From positions 319,548,001 to 319,612,000 of the forward strand of contig OZ024742.1 of assembly GCA_964016885.1 (NCBI GenBank): a DNA stretch of 64,000 nt, in the 5' to 3' direction. Below the pieces are notes generated by a model. It was not told where the DNA came from and ran no database searches. It saw nothing but the letters and a program-made list of their open reading frames with translations. Within the stretch, counting starts at the first letter, position 1; every line of letters starts with the position of its first letter. Origin of the DNA: Eledone cirrhosa (taxonomy: Eukaryota). The position numbers and the translations under genes were made by a program. This document shows, piece by piece, positions 14,045-26,340 of the stretch.

Positions 14045-14450
14045 CAAGCATTATAAAGCAGGAATTAGTCGTGTGGGCCTCCATGGCAAGCTTCTCCATT
14101 TTGTCCTGCCGTCTGCATTCCCCTTCACCAATGCTCTGGCTTTCATTCCTCTTCCATCATTTTTAGTTGTCTTTTTTTATCTTCCTTTTCCTCTGCTTCC
14201 TTCCACATTCATTTCCATCATTCCTCCCATCCAGCCACATTCATCCCTTCTTAACACATCATTTTCCATTTCTCTTCACAACATCAGTGACTCTATTCCC
14301 ATCACTCCTCTCACCCAGTGACTTTCATTCTTTTTCAACACATGACTCAAACCTCTCATTCTATTTCTCTTCACAACATTCATCACTGGCGCTAGCCCCA
14401 ACATCTTCTGTAATTAATTGTTTGTGTTTGTTTTCCTCCTCTCAGAACAA
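14045..14450 (-). mobile_element. Decayed RTE-clade RT C-terminus
   Basis: Minus-strand translation VLRRDECGWMGGMMEMNVEGSRGKGR resembles the GHVxR...VEGxRxRGRP end of RTE ORFs. Confidence 0.55.
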
Positions 14451-15946
14451 TACTCCACTTATCCACCAAACCATTATCATTTCCATTCATTTCACTGTTA
14501 AGAACATTTTTAGTCAAACATTTTAATTCTGTGCATGTAATTCTTACATATTCTTACATGTGTGTGTAATTCTTACATATTTTCTTCACAAGACTGCTTC
14601 AGATATTATTTTTTGTCTATCACAGCAAATAAAATTTGTATCTGTGTTGGTAGATTCAGTCATGATAAATGGAATATGCTCAGAAGTTCACCTCTTTGTA
14701 TTGTCAGTAGGGGCTTTTTTTGATCATTTGTATTATTGCTATTGATTTCATTTAGCTACCATTGCTGCCAAACTGTCCACATAACTGAATATCTCTTTTC
14801 AATTCCAAATAGCATCTCATTGAATGTGTATGTGTGCGTGTTGTTACATTGTGAAGAACGATGGTGAATGTTATAAATTCAAAGATTTTGGCAGTGAAAG
14901 TGTTAACATTATTCTTGTGTAGACATGCTAGTGCTTGCAGTTTGTTCATGCTATGTCATGCAGCAATGAAGAATGTTGTGTTATTGCATAATAGTTGCAG
15001 TTTTAAGAGTGCACATTTTAGTGACATTGTCAGTTTGTTCAAAGTCAAAATTTATCTTGATAAATAAGCTTATTTTTTTCATTGAAAACAATTTTCTATT
15101 TTTCTTATTGTTACACAAACTCACACACATGTAAAGTATTCTATTCAGATGTGTTTTTTTCTTCTTTTAATTAATTTTCTTGTTCGTAGAAATGAAAATT
15201 AAATTTCCATTAGGTTATGTTATTATCGTGTAATTCTTGTTTAACAAGCTTTTTAATATTTCAGTTCATTACTCTCTCTCTAGCCATATCTGGTATGTTT
15301 AGAATTCATTCAAATCTAATTTAAAATGCATTTCTCTATTTATTATCTCCTCTGCATTAACCTCCACTCTTGTTTGTTCAATTTATTCCATACACAAAGG
15401 AATCTTGGGAAATTTCCATACTATCTGGCAATACCAAACCCCTGGTTTTACGGTACAAAACTGTTTATTTTAAGGTGTTTATATTTAGTTTAAAACCTTC
15501 CATCATGATGAATAATGAGAAAGTTAATTATAATTACTAAATCCCTCCAATTTCTCGATTATTTTCAAAATGATGTGAAAATCATAGGCATTGTCTTTCA
15601 TTAGAGATATGGTTAACAAAAAGAGTTAAGTTTCTTTTTTGTTAAATTATATTCCAGTGTATATGACATTTTATTCCTAGTGTTTATTCAGTAAATGACC
15701 GAAAGAAAACTCTAGAAGTTAATTTCTGAAATAATTTTTATTCATAACTAACTGCTATGTACAGTAGGGTTTTTGCAATTCTTTTGTTTGGTAATTGCTT
15801 CTTGGCTTCTCCCATTGCTATCTCCTGCTGTCTGTCTCTTCACCTTCTCTATTGCATAATCGTTTCTTTTTAGTATTTTTATATTTAGTTTTTTGTTTGC
15901 TTTTATTTTTGCACCTTATTTTTTTTTTATCATTTCTTTTCCTAGA

Positions 15947-16366
15947 TGCAGGCATGGCTATGTGGTTAAGGAGTTGACTTTGCAACCACATCGTTAGGGG
16001 TTGAGTCCCACTGCGTGGCACCTTGGGCAAGTGTCTTCTACTATACACTCAGGTTGACCAATGCCTTATGAGTAAAATTTGGTAGACAAAAGAACACCCA
16101 GGCTACTCTATAAGGTGGTTGTGCTGGTGAAAGGACAAAAGCACCTAATCCACCCTGTAAAGTGGTCTTGTTGGTGTCATGTCAAAAGGTACTCAGTCCA
16201 CACTGTAAGGTGGTTGTGCTGGTGAGAGGATGAAAAAGTACCCAGCCTAACCTTTCCGTTAGTCATTTTGGTGCAACGATAAAAAGCACTCAGTCGACAC
16301 TAAATGTGGTTGGCATTAGGAAGGGCATCCAACCATAGAAACCAAGGCAGAAACAGTTTTGTATGA
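15947..16366 (+). mobile_element. SINE 5' part (tRNA-like head plus ~45-bp subrepeats), split by piggyBac; 3' part at 17839-17925
   Basis: Head GCAGGCATGGCTATGTGGTTAAG...GGTTGAGTCCCA, followed by TTAGGAAGGGCATCCAACC. The tail resumes after the piggyBac with GCTAGCATGGGAAATGGACACCAAACG. Confidence 0.75.
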
Positions 16367-16628
16367 TTAACCCTTTAGTGTTCAAACCGCCCGAAACTGG
16401 CCAAAAATAATTCCCCTTCATCTGTTCAAACCGCTCGAAACCGGCTGATAACACCCACACTAAAATATCGTTCTAGAAATAAACAAACCATCATTAAAAT
16501 CTCGCCAATTCGAGATTACTGCGAGATTTGGTCCTTACCACAAAAATTAACACTTAAATAGTGAAACAACTTAAAACAACATGTGTTTTTTTTTTGTTGA
16601 AAGTAGAACAGATTTTTTGTGTATCAAC

Positions 16629-17120
16629 ATGGCTTGTGAAAGTAGCGATACCGACTTTGAAAGTTTTACACACGACGACATTCAGAATGAACAAGAATCA
16701 AAAGATAATATTAGTGATTTATCTTCAAATGAATCAGATGTTTACATTTCTGAAATTTCATCCGACGATGATTGTTGTTTTGAAAGTGAAAACGAAATAG
16801 ATCTCCAGGACGCCATTGAAAATATTACAGCAACGAGGTTGAAAAATACCACACCAATATATGTTCCCGATTTTATTCAAAATACTGGTCCACAACACAC
16901 ATTAGCTCCCGATGCTAAAGCACTGGATTATTCCTTTTTGTTTTTACCACAAACTTTCTTCAAAGTTGTGGCAGAAGAGATTAATCGATATGCCCAACAA
17001 CAGATTTCAAATCGAGGAAAACCCGATCTGTTTGGCGACTGACAGATGCTGCGGAAATGCAAGCATTTTTTACCATAAATATGATGTTCAGTATAAAACA
17101 ATTTCCAAGACTGTGGAAAT
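16629..17120 (+). pseudogene. piggyBac transposase N-terminal remnant (frameshifted, truncated)
   Basis: Acidic N-terminus MACESSDTDFESF.., then DYSFLFLPQTFFKVVAEEINRYAQQ. After a frameshift: TDAAEMQAFFTINMMF. No DDD core. Confidence 0.78.
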
Positions 17121-17372
17121 TACTAGAGCACTGATATAAGGTTTAGTGATCTTTATATATCAAGTATTATGCCGAAAACAACGTATTTAAAATTAAACCA
17201 ACGCCTGGTTGATACTTCAAATGCCCATAAAAGTCAAATTTGACCAAAAAAATCAGGTAAAATTATATAATTGTAAATTATTGATATTTAAACATCTGAC
17301 AAAATTTCAAGCCTGCACATAGAAAATTAAGAAAATTACAAACAAATAAAATTGATAACCCTCTTGAGTATG

Positions 17373-17786
17373 ATTAACTCAAAATAATTGTTTCTACTTT
17401 AGGCACAAGGCCAGCAATACCCAGTTCATTACTGGTACTTTATTTTATCGACCCCGTAAGGATGAAAGGCAAAGTCAACCTCGGCGGGATTTGAACTCAG
17501 ATCGTAAAGGGACGTAACTATGCTGGAAAGCATGGCGTCCGACCCTCTACCGATACCGCCAATCCACCGCATTAACTCAAAATAATTGTTTCTACTTTAG
17601 GCACAAGGCCAGCAATTACCCAGTGCATTACTGGTACTTTATTTTATCGAACCCGTAAGGATGAAAGGCAAAGTCAACCTCGGCGGGATTTGAACTCAGA
17701 TCGTAAAGGGACGTAACTATGCTGGAAAGCATGGCGTCCGACCCTCTACCCATACTGCCAATCCACCGCCATTAACTCAAAATAAT
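17373..17786 (-). mobile_element. Tandem dimer of a tRNA-head SINE (family S2) with a triplicated 16-bp flank
   Basis: Two near-identical ~198-bp units. ATTAACTCAAAATAAT occurs at 17373, 17571 and 17771. Minus-strand B box GAGTTCAAATCC. Confidence 0.88.
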
Positions 17787-17925
17787 GCGAACAGATAAGC
17801 ATGACATTTGAAAATTAATGCGAATGTTAAAGGGTTAAAGCACGGTCACCTGATCTGACTTGTCTCACAATGGGACAATCCATCTAACTCCTGCTAGCAT
17901 GGGAAATGGACACCAAACGAGGATC

Positions 17926-17930
17926 TCTGT

Positions 17931-18009
<79 letters not shown>

Positions 18010-18022
18010 CTCTCTCTCTCTA

Positions 18023-18110
<88 letters not shown>
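17926..18110. repeat. (CT)n microsatellite
   Basis: Direct observation. Confidence 0.95.
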
Positions 18111-18115
<5 letters not shown>

Positions 18116-18584
18116 TTTCCTTGTATGTGTTCAAGTTTGTCTTGGTTCAACAATTAAAAATCAATAAAATAAATACCAGAGGTGAAAAACATACACTGGG
18201 GTCGATATGATTAACTAAATCTCTTAAAGGTGGTTCCACAGCATGATCACAGTCTCACTGAAAAAGTAAAAGAATACTATGATTCTGCTTTTAGTTCTGT
18301 TGGCTATTAAATTTATTTATCATTAATACAATAATCCGTCATTAGAAGTACCTACATCACATGTAAGGTTAACTGCTGTTTCACATCCAGCTGGTATAGG
18401 AGACTTTTCTGAAGTGCCATATTTCTCCATTGCTGTCATTAGTATTACTGAGTAGATAGATACTGACACTCAGAGCCATTTATATTATGAATAATTAATA
18501 ATCACTAACTGAATAGCTGAGTTTTGTTATATAGTACAATGTTTATCAGCAGGCTATTTCTCTCTTACTCTCTCTCCACACACA

Positions 18585-18662
18585 CAAGGTATCCCCAAAA
18601 AATGTTTACTCACTTCAACAGCATTGTAATCAAAGTGTGTATAGATTTTTAGGGACACCCCG
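18585..18662. mobile_element. 78-bp Tc1/mariner-like MITE made almost entirely of two TIRs
   Basis: CAAGGTATCCCCAAAAAATGTTTACTCACTT vs reverse complement of the right end CGGGGTGTCCCTAAAAATCTATACACACTT. Confidence 0.6.
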
Positions 18663-18674
18663 TGTGTGTGTATG

Positions 18675-19550
18675 CTAGCAGAATGGCCCGGCGTTGCTCG
18701 GGCTTCTAAACATAGATTGGCATGTTTATCCCTCCTTTCTGAAACAGTACAGAGAAGTACGGAATACCTCAGCCTGGGGATGGTGTCTACATTTTGTGCT
18801 TAGGCAAATAATTTTCCATTAAGATTTTTCAAAAGCATGTAATTGTGTTGTTGTTTCTGCTGCTGTTGGTGTGATAACAGCTGTTGGTCGTACTACTAAC
18901 ACAGTCTCGTCCTTCTTCTGCCTCGTCTACCTAAACAATGATTGTAGCACCTCCTTGTACACAATGTTCCTTGTTCTTCCGTGTCGGGCATATGCAAAAA
19001 GAGATTTGTCTTGCTTCCCACTCTTGAGCAGCCAACGTATAGTTGCCCTTGTGAAAAACATGACTCTTCCAAAAGAAGACCAGCAACAGCCAGGGTCTGA
19101 CCCTGGGATTTGTTGATAGACATTGCAAAGCTGACACGGTTCGGCGAATGGTTCGTTGGTTGTCTGTTCAAGTGCTCTTCAGGTGGCAGTACGTTCAGCA
19201 TCTTGCGACCGTCAAATAGCAGATTCCACTGACGATTCGTTTGCCCGTCTTGTTCCTTTTCTTGCCGCTTTTGCAGTATTTCGGCCAATGGAGTATATCT
19301 TCCTTTGAGGCATGACCTAAAAGCAGGACGAAGTACAGTAAGACTAACTAGTAGAGTAAGGAGTAAACTCACCAGTGATACATGTGATTTCCGAATCGTT
19401 GACTATGTAATTGCTGGCCTTGTGCCAAAAGGGACTTTTTGGGTGGCATATCGGCAATGACGATGAGCCGTCTGTGCTTTTGTGAAATAAATACATTTGT
19501 TTATATTTTGTTTTTGTGTATGCAAAAATATCTGTACACGAATATATAAT
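18675..19550 (-). mobile_element. Non-autonomous Helitron (3' end defined, 5' end not located)
   Basis: Minus-strand 3' hairpin GCCCGAGCAACGCCGGGC (18686-18703) followed by terminal CTAG (18675-18678). PIF1 helicase C-terminal motifs are present. Confidence 0.88.
18940..19313 (-). pseudogene. Helitron Rep-helicase remnant: N-terminus fused to PIF1 C-terminus
   Basis: SFAMSINKSQGQTL and CFSQGQLYVGCSRV are PIF1-family motifs V/VI. An upstream frame reads MPQRKIYSIGRNTAKAARKGTRRANES from ATG 19313. Confidence 0.8.
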
Positions 19551-19965
19551 TATATATATATATACCCCCTGACCCCAAGCACACGAACACACACACCCTC
19601 TTACACCACCCACTCTACACACCCTACCACCACTGACCCCCACTCACACCCGCATTCAACCCTTTCTCCACCTCCAGTATACTAACACCCCACTAACACC
19701 CCCTTCACCACACACACACACACACACACCAGTACACTCCACACCCTTCTCTCCCCGCACCACCCACACCCTTTCTCAAACACTCAGACATCCCACTAAC
19801 ACCTCTACTAATACACCCCCCTCACTCCAACTTTCACATCTACCCATCCTCTCCCCTGTCCACCGCACCTCCGCACACACTGACACACTTACTTTCTTCA
19901 CTTACCATTCTACCCTACTGCTGCTATGCCTCTCTGACCACCTCCCCGCACACACAGACACACAA

Positions 19966-20277
19966 CCCTCCTCCTGCCTTGACCTTCTGACCACTTCCTG
20001 TTGCGCGCGCACCCCACATCTCCCCTCTTCCGACCAATCTCTTCCCTCCTCCTGCCTTGACCTTCTGACCACTTCCTGTTGCGCGCGCACCCCACATCTC
20101 CCCTCTTCCGACCAATCTCTTCCCTCCTCCTGCCTTGACCTTCTGACCACTTCCTGTTGCGCGCGCACCCCACATCTCCCCTCTTCCGACCAATCTCTTC
20201 CCTCCTCCTGCCTTGACCTTCTGACCACTTCCTGTTGCGCGCGCACCCCACATCTCCCCTCTTTCGACCAATCTCTT
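19966..20277. repeat. Tandem repeat, 4 x 78 bp, almost perfect
   Basis: Units start at 19966, 20044, 20122 and 20200. Confidence 0.95.
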
Positions 20278-20857
20278 CACGGATTACACATATGTGAACC
20301 TTGATCTCGAGAATCTACCGCATCCCAAGGATTTTACTCAGCATTCCACCACATCTTTTTACGGAATTACCTTTACGACTCACCCCCAGACATACACCCC
20401 AAAAAAATTTTTTTCCCACACGCCACCTACATCCACAACACGCATAAACACTACACACACGTGCGTACCACCACATATTTACACATTCAGCCTCCGGAAT
20501 CCTCTCCCCCCCCCCACCCCTCTATCCACACACGCGCACACACTCCGACCTACACCCCACCCCACACACACCTCTTCCTGAACATGCAACTCCGTTCTCC
20601 CCCCAACCCTTGCTTTCACATACACACACCACCTTCAGTCCTCCCCGCTCAGACACCCCGTCTCTTTCTCCCCACTCCACCCGCCACCACCCCTACACGC
20701 CCCACATCCTTCCACCACCTGTTTTACCCCATTTTAATTTTATTTTGATCATGCCTTTATTTTTAATTTCATTTGCACCGTTTCCTCTCACCCCCTTTTT
20801 GCTATATGTCTCTCCACCACTCCCCTACACACCCTTTGAACTCTCTTCCCACACACT

Positions 20858-20927
20858 TTTCACCTGAAGAAGGGCTTATGCCCGAAACGTCGTTCCCCAC
20901 CACCACCCCACTCTCAAGAACGTGAAA
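20858..20927 (+). ncRNA. Minimal type I hammerhead ribozyme candidate
   Basis: CTGAAGA-A-GGGC-TTAT-GCCC-GAAAC-GTC. Stem III is the palindrome ACGT. TTTCAC can pair with GTGAAA at 20922. Confidence 0.7.
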
Positions 20928-22321
20928 TTAATAAACCTTTGTTCGTACTGCCTCTCTGTTTTGTTCCCGTTCAATTTTTCACTATATATATATATATATA
21001 AAAAAAAATAAAAATAACAGATTAAAGTTTAAGCAAAGAATTGCTGCTTTCACCCTTAACGGGATCTTCTGAAACTAAAAAAATCAATCTGTGAACGCAG
21101 AAGTAAATATTTTGAAAAACGTTGCAACTGAAGGAAAACAGGAAGACAATACTTTGGTATGTGAAGACGTTCCCTGGCAATGGACGGAAAATAGCGAAGA
21201 TAATACATCAGCAATGAGAACAATGTTGAAACAGAGTTAAATATGAAAGATATTTACTGTAGAATTACTATTATATCAGAAAACATTAAATTATACGGAG
21301 TGAATATAAATATATTGATGTCTAAATTGTTAAAGAGATAGGCATATAACATAAACACATACATTTAACTGTGTATGTATACTTCAACTAGTACTTAATC
21401 TCACCTTAAATTCATAATAATGTAATAATCTGTCATTAGTCTCCCACATTTATATATACAGATGGCATATTATACAGATACATTATTAACGCAATATATT
21501 GATTTATTTAATACAGTATATTATCTTATCTAATCTCCTTTAGGTTTGACCTTAATATTTCACTATTTCAATATAATTACTATTGATATTTCATTTTATT
21601 AATTTTCTTAAATATCTCTCACACATATATCTCATTGCCATGTATAAGATAAATATTCATTAGATAAGTATATATGATAAATACATATTAATTCAACCGT
21701 ATATACTTTGCAATAGTATTTAGATATCGCAAAATAAAAAATATAATTTGTAACTTTAACACTGTATAATCCTTTGAATTACTTCTCTTACTTTAATATT
21801 TTTAAGGTGATATTTATTTCTTAATCCTATTCATCATCATCATCATCATATTTATATCCATTTCCCCATGCTGGTATAGTTGGGTGATACTTTTTGAGGC
21901 TGTATTCCACAGCCAGTTGCCCTTCATGATACCAGCAGTTTTTTTTTTGTTTTCTAAAGCAAGGTACTGCTGATCTTTCCATGCCAAACAGCTGAGTTGT
22001 GGCAGTGAAATATAAAACAAATGTCACCGATATTGATGTCAAATGTGACATGAAGACACACACACAGTGTCCGTCTACTAATTTCCCTCACATCTGCATT
22101 GGTTAGCTAGAGGCTATAAGCACCCAAGGTGCCATGTAATGGTATAGAGCTTAAAACCTTGTGAAATAAACTTCTTAACCACCTAAGTTATAACATGCCT
22201 AAGTTACTGAATACTCCCAAATTTTTAATTATTTTAAAAATTAATTTTAAAAAATCATAGGCAATGGATTTCCTTTAAAATATGGTCACAAAAAGGTTAG
22301 GGGTAGATAATAATTTGCATG

Positions 22322-22571
22322 TTAATTCTTTTGATATCAACCCACCCGAAACCAGCTATGCTTCTATGAAACTAAACCACCTTTTTAAAGAATTTCTATT
22401 TCCATTAAAATCCTTTCACATAATTTTATGTAAGAACATACCATTTTAACAAGGGAAAAAAAAAAATCATAATTTTAGTAAATCTCTCCAAATTCTTCAT
22501 TGATTAAACAATAGTGTATTTCATTAGAAATATAGTAACAAGAACATAAAATGTAATAACAAAAGGGTTAA
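22322..22571 (+). mobile_element. piggyBac-type (TTAA) MITE, abundant ~240-bp family
   Basis: TTAA.CTTTTGATATCAACCCACCCGAAAC at one end and TTTCATTAGAAATATAGTAAC...AAAAGGGTTAA at the other. Confidence 0.65.
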
Positions 22572-23870
22572 GTTTATATTTCTTTTAGGTAGGTACGCAT
22601 TACAAGGGGAGTGCAGAGATTATAATGCTTACTTACCAAGAAGAAACACAAACTCCTTTTCCCAGGACAGGAATCTAACTTAATTTATGCCAGTTGTTCA
22701 ACTCTACCTCACACTCACTCACCAAGGTATTATTTTGATTGTGGAATGTAAGAGAATGAGAGAAGCAGCAGCTGAGCAACAAAAACATACACTACCGAAG
22801 AGTAAACATTTGTCTGCATTAATTATTGAGCATCAGAGCTAGCTCATTCTTGCCTTGTCTGTCTCCAAAAAAGGGCACTGTGGTGATACTGAGGGAGCTG
22901 AATCAGAGGTAAACACACTTTCTTTGCCTTGTAATGTTGTCATGGGCATGTAGGTCAACATGGATTCTGCTATAGAGCATAAACCATTATTATTATATGA
23001 ATGGCTGGCTTGCGCTAGCACTCACTTATCTTTTGTGCAGCCTGTTAAAATACAAATTAATGTTGGAAAGAGGGAGGGAGGAGGTCACACAAGTGTCCTC
23101 TTCATCTCTTTCATATACACAAATGTTGTTTGGTAGGTTTTGTTATTGTTTACCCCCTTCCTCCTCCTCCTTTCTGTTGTCTGTCTCACAGCTGAGAGGT
23201 TGGTATTGTCATTCAATACACACCCATCCTCTATCTATCTCTCACACACACACTAATGCATTTACTTTTATACATTCATAAGTATCAACTGTCAATATTT
23301 GCTGCACAGATATTTTCTGCTGCATTTTCTTTCAATTGTTATTTTTTCACTACTAATGTAAAAAAATCTTTCAATTATAATGTTTTTTTTATTTATTTAA
23401 GGTACTATATATTTAAAATTTATTAACTTGGATTTTTTAGTGTATTTGCTTTTCTTTCTTATATCTATCTATCTATCTATCTCATGGAAATTTTAAAACA
23501 CCTAAAAACAATTCATATATATTTGTGACATGATTACACACACAGACATACACATATTATTATTGTAGCTGTTAAGCTATTCCAGTGAATTAAACACCAG
23601 GAGTTTTGTGCTTAGGTGCTTTCTGGCCGTTGAGTCACCAGTATAACTTCACATCTATAATAATAATTTCAACCCCCCCATTGTTTATAGTATTTAGTTT
23701 CCGCCCAGTACTTTTTGATTTTATATCTTCAGAGCCACCTTTGCCTTCAATGACCTGGCAGTTGATAGAATTTTAGTAATATAATGAGATCAATTCAATT
23801 CACTATTCCCACACTTTAAGGGAGTGGGGATGTCATCTTGATTTCAGTTAAAAGAAATTGTGTGTGTGTG

Positions 23871-23993
<123 letters not shown>

Positions 23994-24339
23994 AATTTGC
24001 ATTTAAGGTAGATCCCCTTTTTTTCTCGTTGCAACTTTTGTAAATATGGTCTGGACGGCACAGGCTTCCTTTCCCAGCTTGAGCCAGCAGGGCTGGACCA
24101 AAGGGACGGCAAAAGGCCAGACAGCACCACAAACTTCCTGTTCTGCTGGGGGTAAGTACACATCTGGGATGCCGCATGCAGTGACACCTACTCAAGTGGC
24201 AACTTGGTGTGTTTGGCTATGAGCCTTGCGAGATGGAGTGGCTGTCCCAAGCACGCCTCCCTCGCTGTCCTCCGGGGCAATTGGTCGTTCCAGACTTTGC
24301 CAAGAGAATGTGAATGGACTAGCTGATTAATTAAATTGA

Positions 24340-24341
24340 TA

Positions 24342-24427
<86 letters not shown>
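24340..24427. repeat. (TC)n(TA)n compound microsatellite
   Basis: Direct observation; reverse complement in type of 23873-23992. Confidence 0.95.
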
Positions 24428-26120
24428 GTAATAATAATAAATTTGAAGACTAAAATCCAAAGAGGGCTTGATAAGGGTAATTATATATCAAATATATAAG
24501 AACCGTAGAGCAAATATTTATGTTATTTTAATAAATATATATATATATATAAGCGAGATAAAAAGAGATTAACACAGATAAGCGATGCAGTAGGATTTAT
24601 TTCTAGCATTTACTCTATTGCCTAATAGTTAATTGCAATTATCTCAAGATTTTTCTTCTTAAATAAAATATATTCACCACAATCTAAATCCTGCTGTTTT
24701 ATGTGCACATGTAAGAAGAATATGGGTGTAGGGGGATGTAGATCTTGCACACACAACATGCATTTACTTATGCTTATTCTAATCAGAAAGTTCTAAATGA
24801 AGAGCATGCAAAAGAATCTGAATATTTATGAACAACCGATATTATTTCCACATTTTCTCTGCCTGGAACTATAGGCATGTGTTTTCCATATGAGTACGCA
24901 CACACACACTTGTATTACACATATGCACACTTCCAAATAAGTTGAATACCCACTATAGAATTATTAAACTTTCGGTGTAATTCAGAAGTGTTAGAGACAA
25001 TAATAATGCCTACCTTTTCTATTATTTTGAATTCCTTTCCTTACTGAATGGTTGCTGTAAAGTATGATCAACTCTAGAGATTATACTATCTACATCTAAC
25101 CCAAAGACTCCATAGCTAAGTTTTCTGCTTATGATTTCAATTGGTATCTCATCTTGTTGATTAGAAGTTTTCTCTCTGTGTTGATGGTCTCTCTCTTTGA
25201 CTTCTACTCTATCAACTCATTTTTTTTTTTTAAAGGTTGCACTTATGTCTTTCACATTTTTTTCAGTACATAAATAATCCCCTTGTTGTTACCAATAACC
25301 ATACACTTGTGTATAGATGATGCCTACCTGTACTCCTCCTTAAAAATTTGCACACAAGAATCAATTATATGCAACCAAAGCACCTTCCAGATATGCAATA
25401 ACTTCTAGGAACTGGTAACCTAAAAGCATTATACAATGAGAACAAACTAGTTTTATCCAACATCAATGCCTTCCAATGTCTAATGACTTTTTATGGTGAC
25501 CATATATAACACAACCAATGGCAAATTGTTTCTTTAGGACTAGAAGATACTTAAAAATACTAATTTCAATTAATGAAGAATTTTGAGGATTTACTAAAAT
25601 TATTAAATATATTCATTGATAAGATAGTAATTTAATATATAAAATTATGTTGGAAGATTTTAAATTTAAATGGGAACCTTTTAACATGAGTGATTTTGTT
25701 TCATTGAACTACATAAAATTATTGTTGTTGTTATTTTATGTAAAATAAATACAAGTCAAGTACTGACGTCAATATAATTGACTGTTTCCTCCATACAAAA
25801 TGTCTGGCCTTTTGCCTTTGTAAGAAATATTCATTATATTAAAAAAAAAAAATCTGAACATCAGTGATGTTAAAGCACTAAATCTTATAAGCACTATTTC
25901 ATCTTATTTGATAATACTGTACCCTACAACTAAAAACAAAAAATGTCTAATATTAAGATATGATCATTGTTGTTAAACTAGAGATGACTATGATGAGGGA
26001 GCTGGTGGAGCACCAGTCTAAGTACATTAGAGTATTTAGTTTCATTTTGTCATTCTTGGATCTGTATTCAAATCTTGTTGGAAGAGCCACCTGTGTGTGT
26101 GTGTCAGAGAGAGGACAGAT

Positions 26121-26340
26121 TGATGAAATAAATAATTGTTTCTACTTTTGGCACAAGGCCAGAAATTATCCCAGTGTATTACTGGTACTTTATTTTATTG
26201 ACCTCGTAAGGATGAAAGGCAAAGTTAACCTCGACGGGATTTGAACTCAGACCGTAAAGGGACGTAACTATGCTAGAAAGCATGTCGTCCAACCCTCTAC
26301 CGATACTGCCAATTCACCATCCTATGATGAAATAAATAAT
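26121..26340 (-). mobile_element. SINE family S2 with 16-bp TSD
   Basis: Same body as 17373-17786. TGATGAAATAAATAAT occurs at 26121 and 26325. Confidence 0.88.

Larger units (their letters stand above)
16371..17834 (+). mobile_element. Internally deleted piggyBac-type DNA transposon
   Basis: TTAA TSD at 16367-16370 and 17835-17838. Ends are CCCTTTAGTGTTC and GAATGTTAAAGGG. Contains a transposase N-terminal remnant. Confidence 0.88.
19565..20983 (+). mobile_element. C-rich non-coding element with a 3' hammerhead motif (Penelope-like/retrozyme-like), bounded by (TA)n
   Basis: Sharp compositional shift between two (TA)n runs. Contains an internal 4x78-bp array, a hammerhead core at 20864-20891 and AATAAA at 20930. 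Confidence 0.6.

Noticed and set aside
17860-18210. SL/ER-repeat ORFs (also at 23.8-24.5 and 35.3-35.7 kb)
   Set aside because: Artefacts of (CT)n/(GA)n runs
19902-20280. Three overlapping ORFs with 26-aa repeats; CRISPR-like appearance
   Set aside because: Contiguous 78-bp tandem units with no unique spacers; open frames arise from composition and period
23690-23740. Minus-strand CTGAAGA...GAAAC spacing
   Set aside because: No stem II or stem I pairing
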